Shown in pieces: positions 63,243-64,000 of a stretch of 64,000 bases of DNA (within the stretch, counting starts at the first letter, position 1; each line of letters begins with the position of its first letter). The notes beneath the pieces are model-generated. The model was not told the origin of the DNA. It searched no databases and saw nothing but the letters and a program-made list of their open reading frames with translations. Made by a program: the position numbers and the translations under genes. The stretch comes from Macrostomum hystrix (taxonomy: Eukaryota > Animalia > Platyhelminthes). Where the stretch lies: contig CATNEN010000038.1 of the NCBI GenBank assembly GCA_950097015.1, positions 24,180,001 through 24,244,000 on the forward strand, read 5' to 3'.

Positions 63243-64000
63243 ATCCAGTTAGGATCAGATGGGATAATCCAGTTGGGATCACATGGGATAATCCAGTTAG
63301 GATCAGATGGGATAATCCAGTTGGGATCAGACGGGATAATCCAGTTAGGATCAGATGGGATAATCCAGTTGGGATCAGATGGGATAATCCAGTTAGGATC
63401 AGATGGGATAATCCAGTTAGGATCAGACGGGATATTCTATTTGGGATCAGATGGGATAATCCAGTTGGGATCAGATGCGATAATTAAGTTGGGATCAGAT
63501 GGGATAATCCAGTTAGGATCAGATGAGATAATCCAGTAAGGATCAGATGGGATACTCTATTTGTGATCAGATAGGATAATCCAGTTGGGATCAGATGGGA
63601 TACTCTATTTGTGATCAGATAGGATAATCCAGTTGGGATCAGATGGGATAATCCAGTTGGGATCAGATGGGATAATCCAGTTAGGATCAGATGGGATAAT
63701 CCAGTTAGGATCAGACGGGATATTCTATTTGGGATCAGATGGGATAATCCAGTTGGGATCAGATGCGATAATTAAGTTGGGATCAGATGGGATAATCCAG
63801 TTAGGATCAGATGAGATAATCCAGTTAGGATCAGATGGGATACTCTATTTGTGATCAGATAGGATAATCCAGTTGGGATCAGATGGGATAATCCAGTTAG
63901 GATCAGATGGAATAATCCAGTTGGGATCAGATGGAATAATCCAGTTGGGATCAGATGGAATAATCCAGTTGGGATCAGACGGGATATTCTATTTGGGATC
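63243..64000. repeat. 24-bp array running off the window end
   Basis: GGGATCAGATGGGATAATCCAGTT; the variant series repeats at a 288-bp offset (63421 vs 63709). Confidence 0.95.

Overview
Eukaryotic, intron-containing animal DNA. A free-living flatworm such as Macrostomum is my best guess, inferred only from the NPF gene structure, GC-richer exons in an AT-rich background and the extreme minisatellite load. By hand-splicing GT/GC-AG junctions I can support about 10 protein-coding genes, mostly on the minus strand: a Cys-rich single-pass membrane protein, a 4-repeat putatively myristoylated protein of unknown function, a front-end fatty-acid desaturase (FADS-like), an NPY/NPF neuropeptide precursor, two small + strand membrane proteins, a 3-Ig GPI-anchored lachesin/IgLON-like protein, a GAB/DOS-like PH docking protein, a 14-exon MFS transporter with one GC-AG intron, and a partial BACK/Kelch protein. 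About 28 kb (~44%, hand estimate) is roughly 38 minisatellite arrays with 10-48 bp units, lying in most long introns and intergenic gaps. Most long ORFs in the supplied track are read-throughs of these arrays. The most interesting structures are (i) complementary, inverted minisatellite arrays bracketing single exons of the GAB-like and FADS-like genes, (ii) array families sharing a core motif but differing in unit length and recurring in local pairs, and (iii) a 36-aa NPF ending RQRF-amide. I see no CRISPR array, transposase or rRNA, and no clearly demonstrable new biological system; the mechanistic proposals below are hypotheses.
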